NCBI GenBank assembly: GCA_965262725.1
Contig: OZ253555.1
Span: 704,001-768,000, forward strand
DNA length: 64,000 nucleotides
DNA from: Dehalococcoidia bacterium
GTDB taxonomy: Bacteria; Chloroflexota; Dehalococcoidia; UBA2979
Direction of reading: 5' to 3'
Shown: piece after piece, positions 1 through 9,871 of the stretch
How the letters are laid out: the number at the start of each line of letters is the position of its first letter
Numbering within the stretch: the stretch's first letter is position 1
The notes under the pieces: generated by a model
Told to the model about the DNA's origin: nothing
Databases searched by the model: none
What the model saw: the letters and a program-made list of their open reading frames with translations, nothing else
Position numbers and translations under genes: made by a program

Positions 1-243
1 GCGCAGGGTGTCGCCGTCCGTCGAGGCGATCGCTCGGGCGCTGACGCGGTTGGTCGCGCGGTCCTTGACGCCGACGACGGCGGCCTTGTCGGAGAGCACG
101 CCGCGTGGGTGGATGCGATCGCGCTCGGAGGCGTGCTTGTTCTTCGCCAGCCCGCCCACGTAGGTCTCGTCGACCTCGACCGGGCCGTCGAACGGATCGC
201 CGCCGTTCTCCTCCCACGCTTGCCGGAGCCGGTGTGCGAAGTC
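1..243 (-). pseudogene. IS1595-family transposase fragment (N-terminus missing, runs off window)
   Basis: Minus strand reads FAHRLRQAW...GPVEVDETYVGGLAKNKH...VVGVKDRATNRV, the IS1595 DDE motif; paralogous to 20270-23490. Confidence 0.8.
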
Positions 244-956
244 GGTGCAGCCAGCGCCTACGCGGTTGACGCCCAAACAGAGGCGAGGGTTGCAGCATGC
301 CGGCTGCAGGACGATGCCCTCAAGCTAGTTCATCGTTACCTTGTCCGGCGTGATCCTCAGGATGACGCGTTTGTCGGCGTCGAGCTGCGTGTGGCCCCAG
401 GGGAGAACCCCTTGATTCGCTAGGCTTCCCTACGAACTCGAAATGCGAAGGGAAGCCCGATGAAGATCGTCATCGAGCAAGAGGGGTGGGGCGAGACGGG
501 GCAATACCACCTCAACGCGGCCGCTACCACCAATGGCCCCTTGTTCAGACCTTTCTTAGCGGCCGGCGGCGCCATTCTTGGTACTGGCCGGCGACGGCTC
601 TGGCGTCGGCGCCTTCGAGGAGGCTAAGACCGAGGCTTGAAGGTGTGGCACTTGTCCGCAGTTGACGGCGACTTCCGCTACAGGAGGCGGGAACGCGATG
701 GCCGCCTGTTGATGCCCGATAACGCAGAGCGGCTAGTGGGGGGCGCGCTGTTCCAGCGGCTTTGGCGCAAGGCGTTGTCGCCCCGGCAGTTCGTTTGAGC
801 ATCCCACTGGAGTCCTCGAACAGCCAGCATGTGACAAGATGCTGGCGTAGCTCGCGTCACAAGCGGGTTCCACCAAGGGGCGGACGTGACCCGGCGGAAC
901 GCAAGCGTGAAACCCACGGTGTGCTACACTTGTGGACACAATGAAGGAGCCAGTAG

Positions 957-1250
957 ATGCCAAGCGCAAGCGACCTTAAATGGATCACTCGTGGACCCAA
1001 CGATGTCCAACAGTTTCGGCAAGCAGAGTGGAACGGTATTTCCATGAGGATTACAGCTATCGGTCTGGATAGTTGTGAAGTTTTTGTCACCGATGGTGGT
1101 GAGCACAAGAAAGAGAGCGGGCTCTCTCCGTGCGACGCTGTCAAGTGGGCTGTGGAGCAGGCGGAGGTCATCCACAAGGACTATCTGGAGCGGCTTCAAA
1201 AGGACAAGCTGGAAACCATCCAGGCAGTGGATAAGTGCATTAGTGCCTGA
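957..1250 (+). CDS. hypothetical protein (lower GC)
   Basis: 97 aa ORF with AAGGAG upstream of ATG and protein-like composition. Confidence 0.5.
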   Translation: MPSASDLKWITRGPNDVQQFRQAEWNGISMRITAIGLDSCEVFVTDGGEHKKESGLSPCDAVKWAVEQAEVIHKDYLERLQKDKLETIQAVDKCISA

Positions 1251-1401
1251 GCACTACACTAGATACAGCCATCAGGCTCTCTTCACACTCTGTTAGTGGC
1301 TTGACGTGCTGATCGTAGACACGATGAAACCTCACACACAAGGGAAGACTGGGGAGGCCACCGCTCGCACGGAGTGGTAGCCTCCCCCCTGGCAGTGGAG
1401 C

Positions 1402-1680
1402 CTAGCGGTCTGCCCCGGCCGGCTCTGCCTCCCGCTCCAGCGCCCACTCGAGGAGCGAGATGGACGCGGGCTCGGGCATGCGGCTGCGGCGCTTCGGGTT
1501 GACCGGATCCTCGGCCATGAACTCCGCCCACGAGAACAGTGTCCGCTGCGCCTCGCGGGCATTGGCGCCACGGCCGCCCTCGCCGACCGTGGCGACCTCC
1601 TCCGCCATCGGCTCCGGAGCAGCCCATCCCGCGTCCACCAGTAGCGCCTCGGCTTCCGCCGCGACCGGCTGCGCTGAACA
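1402..1680 (-). pseudogene. C-terminal relic of an ICE-associated (probably SNF2/DEAD helicase-type) protein
   Basis: QRTLFSWAEFMAE...SLLEWAL tail; the same motif recurs at ~3050-3085 on the + strand; family assignment from memory. Confidence 0.45.
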
Positions 1681-1944
1681 CCTGCGCCCGACCCAATCTT
1701 GAGCACTTCCGTGGGGACCAACTCTGGCGCGTGCCTGCCATCGTCGACGGGCAGTAGCTACGGCCTCAGGTTCAACTTGCCGAGGAGCGCCTCAACCGTC
1801 ATGGCGTTCTTTGGTATGAACTTTCTCGCACCGTCGGCTGGATCCTCACGTTTGATGAAGTAACGATCGAAGGCCCGGACATCACTCGTCTTGCCTGTCC
1901 TGTATGACTCGTACAACCATCGGATTAGAGCGCGAAGCCGCCGC

Positions 1945-2939
1945 CAGTGCGCCGCGCCGTTGCGCCTGGGGCAGCTCGCCCTGCTCGCGGATGACGGCGT
2001 CCGTGAGGTTGAGGCCGGAGGCACCCACGAGCGCGGCGACGTCCTTCCCGGCCGCGCCCTGCGCGGTGGAGACGAGCAGCACGCCCCGTCGAGGATCGTG
2101 CGCCTGAGGTCGATAGTGGAGCGGGGCTGGCCGAGGATGGCGCGCGCCCGCTTCGAGGAGGCGTAGTAGGAGAGCCGCGTCTGGACGGGGGCGAGGGCGT
2201 CGGCGCGGTACTCGCGGCGCCGGCCCTTGAAGTCGCGCTCCCACCAGTCCAGCAGGAACTCGTCGCTCACCCGCTTCAGCACCAGCGTGCGGAAGCGGTC
2301 GTCGGAGAGCAGGCGCAGCCCGTCGAGGATCGTGCACTGCTCCTCGGCGGCGGTGGCGGGATGGGCGTTGTGCTCGTGCCGGGTCTTCACGACCTGCTCG
2401 AGGATCGACTGCATGCGCGGCCCCCACTGCTCCCAGATCCCCTTCGCCACGCGCACGACCGAGTCGGCGGTGCGGTCGCGGTCGCTGAAGACGCGCGTGT
2501 CGAGCAGGTTGATGCCGGGGTAGCCGCGCTCGCCCGCGAGGTCGAGGAGGCGGACCTGCCCCGCCAGCGACTCGGGGACCTGCTGGAGGATGTCGGCGAC
2601 GAGGTCGGCGTGGGGGTCGACGACGACGATCGCGTCGCCGTCGCGGCCCGCCGCCTTCTCGCGCAGCCTGTGCGCGACGAGGTGCTGCATGAGCGTGGAC
2701 TTGCCCATGCGCGTGCGCGCGACGTAGAGGTGGTGGCGGCGCAGCAGGTCGTCGGGGAAGCGGATCTCCCGCGGCGCGCCCGCCGTCGTCTGGCCGACGA
2801 GCGCCCCGCCGCTTACGTCCCTCGCCTGGGGGACGTGCACCCGCGCCCCGGACCGCGCCACGAGCGGCGTCTCGTCCTTCGCGCCGGGCGGGTGCCAGAG
2901 CGCCGCGGCCTCGCGCACGCCGAGCACGCGCAGGCCCAC
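1945..2939 (-). pseudogene. truncated VirD4/TraD-like type IV coupling protein
   Basis: ARTRMGKST Walker A, VVVDPH, NLLD, WGPRM motifs; paralog of 9852-12410; frameshifted and truncated at both ends. Confidence 0.8.
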
Positions 2940-3090
2940 CGCCTACGGGGACGAGGTCGACGACCTGATGCTGGCGCTCGCCGGGAAGATCGTCGCCGGC
3001 GGGGAGGACGCCGCCTCGGTCGAGTCGGTCTTCGCCCGGGCCCCGGGCCGGCAGCGGTCTCTGTTCTCCTGGGCGGAGTTCATGTGGGCA
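2940..3090 (+). pseudogene. second relic of the same helicase-like C-terminus
   Basis: YGDEVDDLMLALAGKIV...QRSLFSWAEFM. Confidence 0.4.
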
Positions 3091-3166
3091 TGTGGGCGTC
3101 GCCCCATGTGTCCGCAGCATGCGGAAACGCCGCCCGGACCCGCGTTGAGCCGATTCTGGCGTGTTC

Positions 3167-3246
3167 GGAACGAATCCGGAACAAATCCGGAACAAATCCG
3201 GAACGTTTGGAACTCTCGTGGAACGAATCCGGAACTTTCTGTGAAC
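3167..3246 (+). repeat. array of 8 (G/T)GAAC cores at 11-bp period (GGAACRAATCC)
   Basis: GGAAC at 3167, 3178, 3189, 3200, 3209, 3220, 3231 and TGAAC at 3242, directly upstream of the transfer operon. Confidence 0.85.
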
Positions 3247-3306
3247 GCCTGATCGCACCCTAGCCCTGCATCGCCGCACGCCGCCAATCGAGGCGAGCGC
3301 TCGCCG

Positions 3307-4494
3307 ATGCGGAAGGGGCTGGCCGTGCGGGGTCCGCTGCTCGCCGTCGCCGGAGCGCTCGTCTGCTGGCTACTGCTGGCCGTGCCCGCCCACGCGGAGC
3401 AGGCGGCGGATCCGCTCGCGGCCCTCACCCGGGCCGGCGCACCTCTCGTCGCCGCGGCGGCGCCCCCATCCGCCGGCCCCACACCAGAGGCGAGGCCGAT
3501 GGCGGCCGCCGCGACGGCCCCGGTCGCAGCACAGCCCGGCACCGCCCCCGCGATCGGCATTCCCGGGCTCCCGAGCCCCTCCGACCTGCTGAGCGGGCTC
3601 GACCCGCGCGAGTGGGCGGCCTCGATCCTCGACGGCGTCGTGAGCGCGCTCGGGCGGGAGCTGCTCGGGGCGATGCGCAGCTTCATCGACTGGGCGCTCG
3701 GCTTCGGGGGCTCCTCGCTCAACTTCGTCACGCGCACCCCCGCAGCGGGCTCCTACGAGAGCCCGACCGTGCGCTCCCTCTGGGACTTCTCGCGCGCCAT
3801 CGCCAACGCCGGCCTCGCCGTGGTGGTGATGTGGGGCGGCTTCAACGTCATCGTCCGGCGGCACATCGGCAGCCCCTACCACGGGGCGATGGAACTGCTT
3901 CCCCGCGTCATCCTCGCCGCCCTCGCCGTGAACCTCACGCTCGAGTTCGCGGGCCTCCTGATCGAGGTCAACAACGCCTTCGCCTCAGCCGTCGGCCAGG
4001 TCGGCCTGCCCGGCTACGAGCAGGCGAACGTCGCGCAGGAGGGGATCGCTCTCGTCTTCGTGGCGATCGCGTACGCCGTGATGGCGCTCCTGCTGGTCTT
4101 CCAGATGCTGATGCGGCTCGCACTCCTGGACGTATTGATCGTGCTGTCGCCGCTGATGGTGCTCTGCTGGGTGCTGCCCCAGACGCAGGGCTGGACGCGC
4201 TGGTGGGCGCACCTCTTCCCGATCGTGGTCTTCCAGCAGGCGGTCCAGCTCGTCGTGCTGCGCCTCGGCGCGGCGCTGATGGTCGAGCTGGTGCCCGGCG
4301 GCGCCGCGGACGCGCTGCTGACCCTGCTCCTCGGCATCGCCATCGCCGCCCTGACGCTCCGGGTGCCCTCGCTCCTCCACGGCCAGGTCCAGCAATCGGG
4401 CACCGGGGCGGCCGTCGCGCTCGTCGTGGCCGGCCGCGTCGCCGCCGGCGTCGCCGGGCGCGGTAGCGCCGCCGCCGGCGCGGTGGGGAGGTAG
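3307..4494 (+). CDS. VirB6/TrbL-like polytopic T4SS membrane protein
   Basis: Signal peptide, multiple TM helices, LSPLMVLCWVLPQT..W..WW motif, T4SS context. Confidence 0.75.
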   Translation: MRKGLAVRGPLLAVAGALVCWLLLAVPAHAEQAADPLAALTRAGAPLVAAAAPPSAGPTPEARPMAAAATAPVAAQPGTAPAIGIPGLPSPSDLLSGLDPREWAASILDGVVSALGRELLGAMRSFIDWALGFGGSSLNFVTRTPAAGSYESPTVRSLWDFSRAIANAGLAVVVMWGGFNVIVRRHIGSPYHGAMELLPRVILAALAVNLTLEFAGLLIEVNNAFASAVGQVGLPGYEQANVAQEGIALVFVAIAYAVMALLLVFQMLMRLALLDVLIVLSPLMVLCWVLPQTQGWTRWWAHLFPIVVFQQAVQLVVLRLGAALMVELVPGGAADALLTLLLGIAIAALTLRVPSLLHGQVQQSGTGAAVALVVAGRVAAGVAGRGSAAAGAVGR

Positions 4495-4497
4495 CCC

Positions 4498-4911
4498 GTG
4501 CTCCAGGCCGCGCTCATCGCCAGTTCGCTGCTCGGCGACCTCCCGCGCGAGGCGCTCCGCATCGCCGGCGCGCTCCTGCTGCTCGTCCTCGCCTCCGTGC
4601 TCGTGGTGGTGATCGCCGTGGCGGCGCTGGCGGCGACGCTGCTCGCGGCACTTCCCGGCGTCGGCGGTCCCGAACCGCCTCCGCCTCCGCCCGAACACGC
4701 CACCGCCATCTCCAGAGACGGCGCTGCGCACGGCGTGCCCGCGGAGCTGCCGGTAGTGGCGATCACCCCGGTGGGGCGCGGCTTCGGCGCCCGCACCAAG
4801 GCGCCAGCGGCCGCCGTGGCGCCGGCGCCCGCCCGCGAGAGCTATGCCGCCGCCGAGCTCATGACGGCACCGCCGCCCGTGCCGGCCGCGTTTGCCGGGG
4901 CAGCGTCGTGA
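4498..4911 (+). CDS. membrane-anchored Pro/Ala-rich protein
   Basis: Long hydrophobic N-terminus and Pro-rich linker; overlaps the next gene. Confidence 0.5.
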   Translation: MLQAALIASSLLGDLPREALRIAGALLLLVLASVLVVVIAVAALAATLLAALPGVGGPEPPPPPPEHATAISRDGAAHGVPAELPVVAITPVGRGFGARTKAPAAAVAPAPARESYAAAELMTAPPPVPAAFAGAAS

Positions 4912-5465
4912 CCGGGCGCGGACCGGGCTACGCGCTGCTCGCGCTCGCCGCGCTGCTCTTGGCGGTCGCCGTCGCCTCCGCCTGGAGCGGGGCCTCGCGC
5001 CTCGCCGGGCGCGGTGAGGACGGCGCCGCGCGCAGGGCGGCCGATGCCGCCTCCGTGGAGGCCGCGGCGTCCGCGTTCGTGTCCGCCTACGGCGGCTTCG
5101 ACTACCGCGACGCAGACAGCTATATGGCGCGCCTCGCCGCGCTCACCTCAGGCGAACTCCGCGCGGCGCTCGCGGGAGCGGCGGTCGATCCGGCCGCCAT
5201 CGCCGGGGGCCGCCGGAGCCGCGCGGCCGTCCAGTCGGTCTCGGTCGCCGCGCTCACCGCCGCTGTCGCGGAGGCGACGGTCCGCTCGCTGCACGAGCGG
5301 AGCTGGCTGGACCCGGCGTCCGGACGCGCCGCCCGGGAAGAGGTCACCCAGCACGTCCGCCTGCGGCTCGTCCGCGAGGGCGGCCGCTGGCTGGTGACGG
5401 AGGTGCTTGTGATGAGCGAGGAGCCGGCCGGCGCACGGGGCGCCGGCCGAGAAGGGAGCCAGTGA
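4908..5465 (+). CDS. VirB8/TcpC-like (NTF2-like) conjugation protein
   Basis: N-terminal TM, A..FV.AY..FDY motif and C-terminal LVREGGRWLV. Confidence 0.6.
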   Translation: MTGRGPGYALLALAALLLAVAVASAWSGASRLAGRGEDGAARRAADAASVEAAASAFVSAYGGFDYRDADSYMARLAALTSGELRAALAGAAVDPAAIAGGRRSRAAVQSVSVAALTAAVAEATVRSLHERSWLDPASGRAAREEVTQHVRLRLVREGGRWLVTEVLVMSEEPAGARGAGREGSQ

Positions 5466-5695
5466 TGGAAGAGATCAACGTGCTGTTCGGGAACCTGCTC
5501 GACATCGGCATCGGTGTGGCGGCGGCGGTCTCGGCGTTCTTCGTGATGTGGGGGGCATTCCTCTACATGTCGGCGTCCGGGTCGCCCCGCCAGATGGAGG
5601 CGGGCAAGACGGCGATCCTCAACGCGCTCGCGGGGTTCGCGATCGTGCTGCTCGCGCGCGCGATCGCCGGCATCGTGCAGGGGGCGATGGCGTGA
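5462..5695 (+). CDS. VirB2/TrbC-type pilin
   Basis: 77 aa, two TM helices, GAFLYMSASGSP...GKTAILNALAG pilin motif. Confidence 0.85.
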   Translation: MMEEINVLFGNLLDIGIGVAAAVSAFFVMWGAFLYMSASGSPRQMEAGKTAILNALAGFAIVLLARAIAGIVQGAMA

Positions 5696-6090
5696 TGGGG
5701 CGCCACGAGATCCCGACCCACCTCGGCGTCGCCGACAAGGCCGTCCTCGGCCTGACGATGCGCCAGCTGCTCTCGGCCGCCGCCGGCCTCTCGCTGGCCT
5801 ACGGCGCCGCGGGCGACCTGCCGCTGCCGCTGCCCGTCCGCCTCTGTGCGGCCGCGCTGGTGCTGGCCGCGGTGCTGCCGCTGGTCTTCTGGCGGCCCGC
5901 CGGACGCCCGCTCGAGGAGTGGGTATTCGTGCTGCTGCGCTACCGGGCCGTGCCCCGCACCGCCGTCTGGAGGCCGCGCGAGCGCTCCGTGCCTCCGCGC
6001 GCGGCTCGCGAGGTGGTGCTGCGCCCGCTCGCGGCGCCGCCCGTCCACCCGGTGACGAGGAGGGGAGACGTGCATGCGACCGCGTCCTGA
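5695..6090 (+). CDS. PrgI family protein (VirB3-like)
   Basis: HEIPTHLGVADKAVLGLTMRQL...GRPLEEW; ATG overlaps the pilin stop codon. Confidence 0.85.
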   Translation: MGRHEIPTHLGVADKAVLGLTMRQLLSAAAGLSLAYGAAGDLPLPLPVRLCAAALVLAAVLPLVFWRPAGRPLEEWVFVLLRYRAVPRTAVWRPRERSVPPRAAREVVLRPLAAPPVHPVTRRGDVHATAS

Positions 6091-6289
6091 CCGGAGACGG
6101 CGGTGGCGGCCGTTCGGGAAGAGCGCTCACCCGGCCGAGCAGCGGGCCGAGCAGCGGGCCCATCAGCGGGCCCGACGGGAAGCACGCAGGCAATCGCACC
6201 GGATCAGGAGACGCACGTGGCGAGCACGCATGAGGCGCTACCGCTGATGGAACGCGGAGCCCGGGTGGTGGCGAGGAAGGGAGTGGCAC

Positions 6290-6994
6290 ATGTGGTCACG
6301 CGGTAGCAGGAGGCGGCGCCTCGCGAGCGTGCAGGAAATCCTGCCGCTGGAGGAGATATCGGGCGACATCGTGCGCCTGCGCGGCGGCGACTACCGCTGC
6401 GTGCTCGAGGCCCAGGGCATCCACTTCGCGCTGAAGTCGGAGCCGGAGCAGGAGGCGATCCTCGCCGGGTACCGGCGCTTCCTGAACGGACTCACCTACC
6501 CGCTGCAGGTGCTGGTGCGCCTGGTCCCGGCCGACGTCGAGGGCTACCTCGCCGGTCTCGGGGGCGCCCGCGCGGGCACGGAGACGCTGCGGCGGCTCGC
6601 GCTCGACCACGAGGCGTTCGTGCGGCGCATCGCCCGCGAGCGGACGCTGCTCGACCGCCGCTTCTACGTGGTCGTCCCGGCGGACGTGGACGCAGCACCC
6701 GGGCGGGCCGCGCCGGGCTGGCCGTGGCGCCGCGGCCTGCAAGCGCAGGGGCAGAGCGACCTCGCCCGGGCGCGGCGCACGCTCTCCTTGCGCTCAGGCG
6801 AGGTGGCGCAAGGCCTCGGCTCATTCGGCGTGAGCACGCGGCGGCTGGGCGGCGAGGAACTGGCGGCGCTCTGGCGCGCCGCGCTCGGCGGTGTCTCAGG
6901 CGGCACCGCCAGTCGTGAGGCTCTGGTCGCCACACCGGTCGTCACATCGCCCGCCGCCTTCTCCGGGCTCCGGCAGGCGGTCTCCCGTGCGTAG
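6290..6994 (+). CDS. VirB4/TraC-associated protein
   Basis: FALKSEPEQEAILAGYRRFLNGL.YPLQ...RRFYVVVP, typical of the gene preceding VirB4 in Gram-positive/CPR-type T4SS. Confidence 0.75.
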   Translation: MWSRGSRRRRLASVQEILPLEEISGDIVRLRGGDYRCVLEAQGIHFALKSEPEQEAILAGYRRFLNGLTYPLQVLVRLVPADVEGYLAGLGGARAGTETLRRLALDHEAFVRRIARERTLLDRRFYVVVPADVDAAPGRAAPGWPWRRGLQAQGQSDLARARRTLSLRSGEVAQGLGSFGVSTRRLGGEELAALWRAALGGVSGGTASREALVATPVVTSPAAFSGLRQAVSRA

Positions 6995-8810
6995 CCCCGC
7001 GGCACTCCTGCGGCGCCGGGATCGCGGCGCGGGCTCGTCCGGTGCGCATCGCTTCGCAGCGGGCGAGCGCTCCACCGCCGACCTGATCGCGCCCACGGCG
7101 ATCGAGGAGGCGCGAGACTGCCTCGCCATCGACGGGCGGCTCACGCGCGTGCTGGCGCTCACCGGCTACCCGCGCCACGTCGCCCCGAACTGGCTCGGGC
7201 GGCTCATCGACCAGGGCGAGCCGCTCGACCTCAGCCTGCACCTCGAGCCGCTGGACTCGGGGGACGCGGTGCGCGGCCTGACCCACCGCCTGGTGGAGCT
7301 CCAGTCATCGCGCCTGCTCGACGCCAGGGGCGGGCGCATCGCCTCCGCCGAGCGCGAGGTCGCCTACGAGGATGCCGAGCGGCTGCGCGACGCGCTGGAG
7401 CGCGGCGACGAGCGCGTCTTCTCGGGAAGCCTCTACGTCCGGGTGCACGGCCGCTCGGTTCAGGAGCTCGACCGGGCCGCGGCGCGCGTCCAGGGGACGC
7501 TCGCCGGGATGATGGCGGGAGTCCGGCCGGCTCTCTACGAGATGATGCCGGGCCTGCTCTCGTGCCTCCCGGCCGGGCAGGACCACCTGGGGCGCCGCCG
7601 CAACCTCGACACGTCGAGCGTGGCGACGATGATCCCCTTCACCTCGAGCGCTCTCTCCGCCGGCCGCGGGCTGCTCTACGGCGAGAGCGTCCACAACAGC
7701 TCGCTGGTGGTCTTCGACCCCTTCGGACCCGACCAGGAGAACGCCAACAAGGTCGTCTTCGCGAAGAGCGGGGCCGGTAAGTCCTACGCCTGCAAGGTGG
7801 AGGCGCTGCGGGCGCTGCTGCTCGGCGTCGAGTACTACGTGATCGACCCCGAGGACGAGTACGGCCGCATCTGCGAGGCGGTCGGCGGGCAGATGGTCCG
7901 CCTCTCCGGCGGCTCGCCCGTCCGCATCAACCCCTTCGACCTGCCACCGTGGGCGCCGGAGCCGGACCGGGCGGATCCCGACGCGCGCGATCCGCTCGCC
8001 GAGCGCGTCCTGGCGCTTCAGGGACTGCTCGCGCTGATGCTGGCGGGGCCCGGTCAATCGCTCGGGCAGCGCGAGCAGGGCGTGCTCGACCGGGCGCTCT
8101 ACGAGAGCTACCGGCGGGCCGGCATCACCGCCGACCCGGCGACGCACGACCGCCCTGCGCCGGTGCTGCGCGACCTGGTCCGGGTGCTGGCGGGCTCAGG
8201 CGATGAGCACGGGCTCGCCGGGCGCCTGGAGCGCTACGTCTCGGGCAGCCTCGGCCGCGTCTTCTCGGAGCGCACGACGGCCTCACTCGACCGCCCCTTC
8301 GTCGTCTTCAACGTGGAGGGCCTCGAGGAGGAGCTGCGCCCGCTCGCCACCTACCTCATCGCGGATCACATCTGGGGGCGGGTGACGCGCGACCCGAGAC
8401 CCCGCGTGCTCCTGATCGACGAGGCGTGGTCCCTGATGCGCTACCCCGAGGGGGCGCGCTTCCTGGCGCAGCTCGCGCGCCGGGCGCGCAAGCGCTGGCT
8501 CGGCCTCACGACGGTCACGCAGGACGTGGGGGACTTCCTGGCCTCGCCGGAGGGTCACACCGTGCTCGCCAACAGCTCGGTGCAGCTCCTGATGCGGCAG
8601 GACAGCTCCACGGCCGGGCTCGTCGCGGAGACCTTCGGGCTCTCGGCCGCGGAGCGGGAGTTCCTGCTCGCCTGCCGCAGGGGCGAGGGCCTCTTCCTGG
8701 CCCGCGGCAACCACATCGCGCTGCGCGTCGAGGCGAGCCCGCTCGAGCACGCGCTGGCGACGACAGACCCCGCGGAACGCGCTGCCGACAGGACGGAGGT
8801 GCAGCCATGA
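6987..8810 (+). CDS. virB4: VirB4-like conjugative ATPase
   Basis: AKSGAGKS Walker A, IDPEDEY, LLIDEAW, RRARK, TQD; start estimated at GTG 6987. Confidence 0.9.
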   Translation: MRSPAALLRRRDRGAGSSGAHRFAAGERSTADLIAPTAIEEARDCLAIDGRLTRVLALTGYPRHVAPNWLGRLIDQGEPLDLSLHLEPLDSGDAVRGLTHRLVELQSSRLLDARGGRIASAEREVAYEDAERLRDALERGDERVFSGSLYVRVHGRSVQELDRAAARVQGTLAGMMAGVRPALYEMMPGLLSCLPAGQDHLGRRRNLDTSSVATMIPFTSSALSAGRGLLYGESVHNSSLVVFDPFGPDQENANKVVFAKSGAGKSYACKVEALRALLLGVEYYVIDPEDEYGRICEAVGGQMVRLSGGSPVRINPFDLPPWAPEPDRADPDARDPLAERVLALQGLLALMLAGPGQSLGQREQGVLDRALYESYRRAGITADPATHDRPAPVLRDLVRVLAGSGDEHGLAGRLERYVSGSLGRVFSERTTASLDRPFVVFNVEGLEEELRPLATYLIADHIWGRVTRDPRPRVLLIDEAWSLMRYPEGARFLAQLARRARKRWLGLTTVTQDVGDFLASPEGHTVLANSSVQLLMRQDSSTAGLVAETFGLSAAEREFLLACRRGEGLFLARGNHIALRVEASPLEHALATTDPAERAADRTEVQP

Positions 8811-9871
8811 GCCACATCGACATCGATCAGCTGAAGCGCCGCAACCCGCTCGCCGACATCGTCCGGCGCCACGGGGTCGAGCTGCGCGGGCAGGGGAGGC
8901 GACTGACGGGGCGCTGCCCGTTCCACGAGGACCGGACCCCGAGCCTCTGCGTCTATCCCGAGACGGAGTCCTTCCACTGCTTCGGCTGCGGCGCCTCGGG
9001 CGACGTGATCGACTTCATACGCCGCACAGAGGGCCTGAGCTTCCGCGAGGCCGTCGTGCGGCTCGGAGGCGGAGCCGTGGGCGCCGCCGCCGGCAGGGCA
9101 CCCGCGCCCCCGGGGCAGGCCCGTCCGTCGCACGAGAGCGAGCAGGTCCCGGTGCTCTCGCTCGACGACCGGCTGATCCTCACGGCGGCCTGCGAGCTCT
9201 ACCACGAGACGCTGCTTGAGACGCCCGCGGCGCTGCGCTACCTGGATGAGCGGGGAGTGCAGCCCTGGGTCGCGAAGCGCTGCCGGCTCGGCACGAGCGA
9301 CGGCCGGAGGCTCGTGCCCTACCTGAAGCGGCGCCGGCTCAGCCTGAAGCGCGCCGGGGAGCTCGGCCTCCTCTTCGCTTCCGGCGACGAGGCGATGGCC
9401 GGCCGCCTCGTGATCCCGGAGCTGCGAGGCGCGCACTGCGGCTGGATGGTCGGGCGCGCCCCGGACGGCGCCGGAGGGCCGAAGTACCGCGGGCTCTCGC
9501 TCCCGAAGCCGTTGCTCGGTTACGAGCGCGGCAGGCGGCGCCTCTTCCTCACCGAGGGGCCGTTCGACTGGCTGACGCTCACGGGATGGGGGCTGCCGGC
9601 GTGCGCGCTGCTCGGGACGCAGCCCGGCCGGGGCGTGCTGCGGCTGCTCGAACGCGCTCGCTCGGTCGTGCTCGTGATGGACTCAGACGAGGCAGGCAGA
9701 GGCGCCGCGCAGCGGCTCTCCGCCGAGCTCGAAGGGCGCGCGCGGGTGCTCGAGCTGCCCGCGGGCGTCAAGGACGTGAGCGAGCTCGGCGCGCGTCCCG
9801 GCGGCCGCGACACCTTCTTCCGGCTGCTGGGCGCGGAGAGGAGGGACGCGGATGTCGCGATCACGCACTGA
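8807..9871 (+). CDS. DNA primase-like protein (CHC2 zinc finger + TOPRIM)
   Basis: CPFHEDRTPS...HCFGCG, EGPFD and DSDEAG TOPRIM motifs. Confidence 0.9.
   Translation: MSHIDIDQLKRRNPLADIVRRHGVELRGQGRRLTGRCPFHEDRTPSLCVYPETESFHCFGCGASGDVIDFIRRTEGLSFREAVVRLGGGAVGAAAGRAPAPPGQARPSHESEQVPVLSLDDRLILTAACELYHETLLETPAALRYLDERGVQPWVAKRCRLGTSDGRRLVPYLKRRRLSLKRAGELGLLFASGDEAMAGRLVIPELRGAHCGWMVGRAPDGAGGPKYRGLSLPKPLLGYERGRRRLFLTEGPFDWLTLTGWGLPACALLGTQPGRGVLRLLERARSVVLVMDSDEAGRGAAQRLSAELEGRARVLELPAGVKDVSELGARPGGRDTFFRLLGAERRDADVAITH

Noticed and set aside
3167-3246. CRISPR array or LexA boxes
   Set aside because: The units are contiguous 11-mers with no spacers, no cas genes are present, and the cores are direct repeats rather than GAAC-N4-GTTC palindromes
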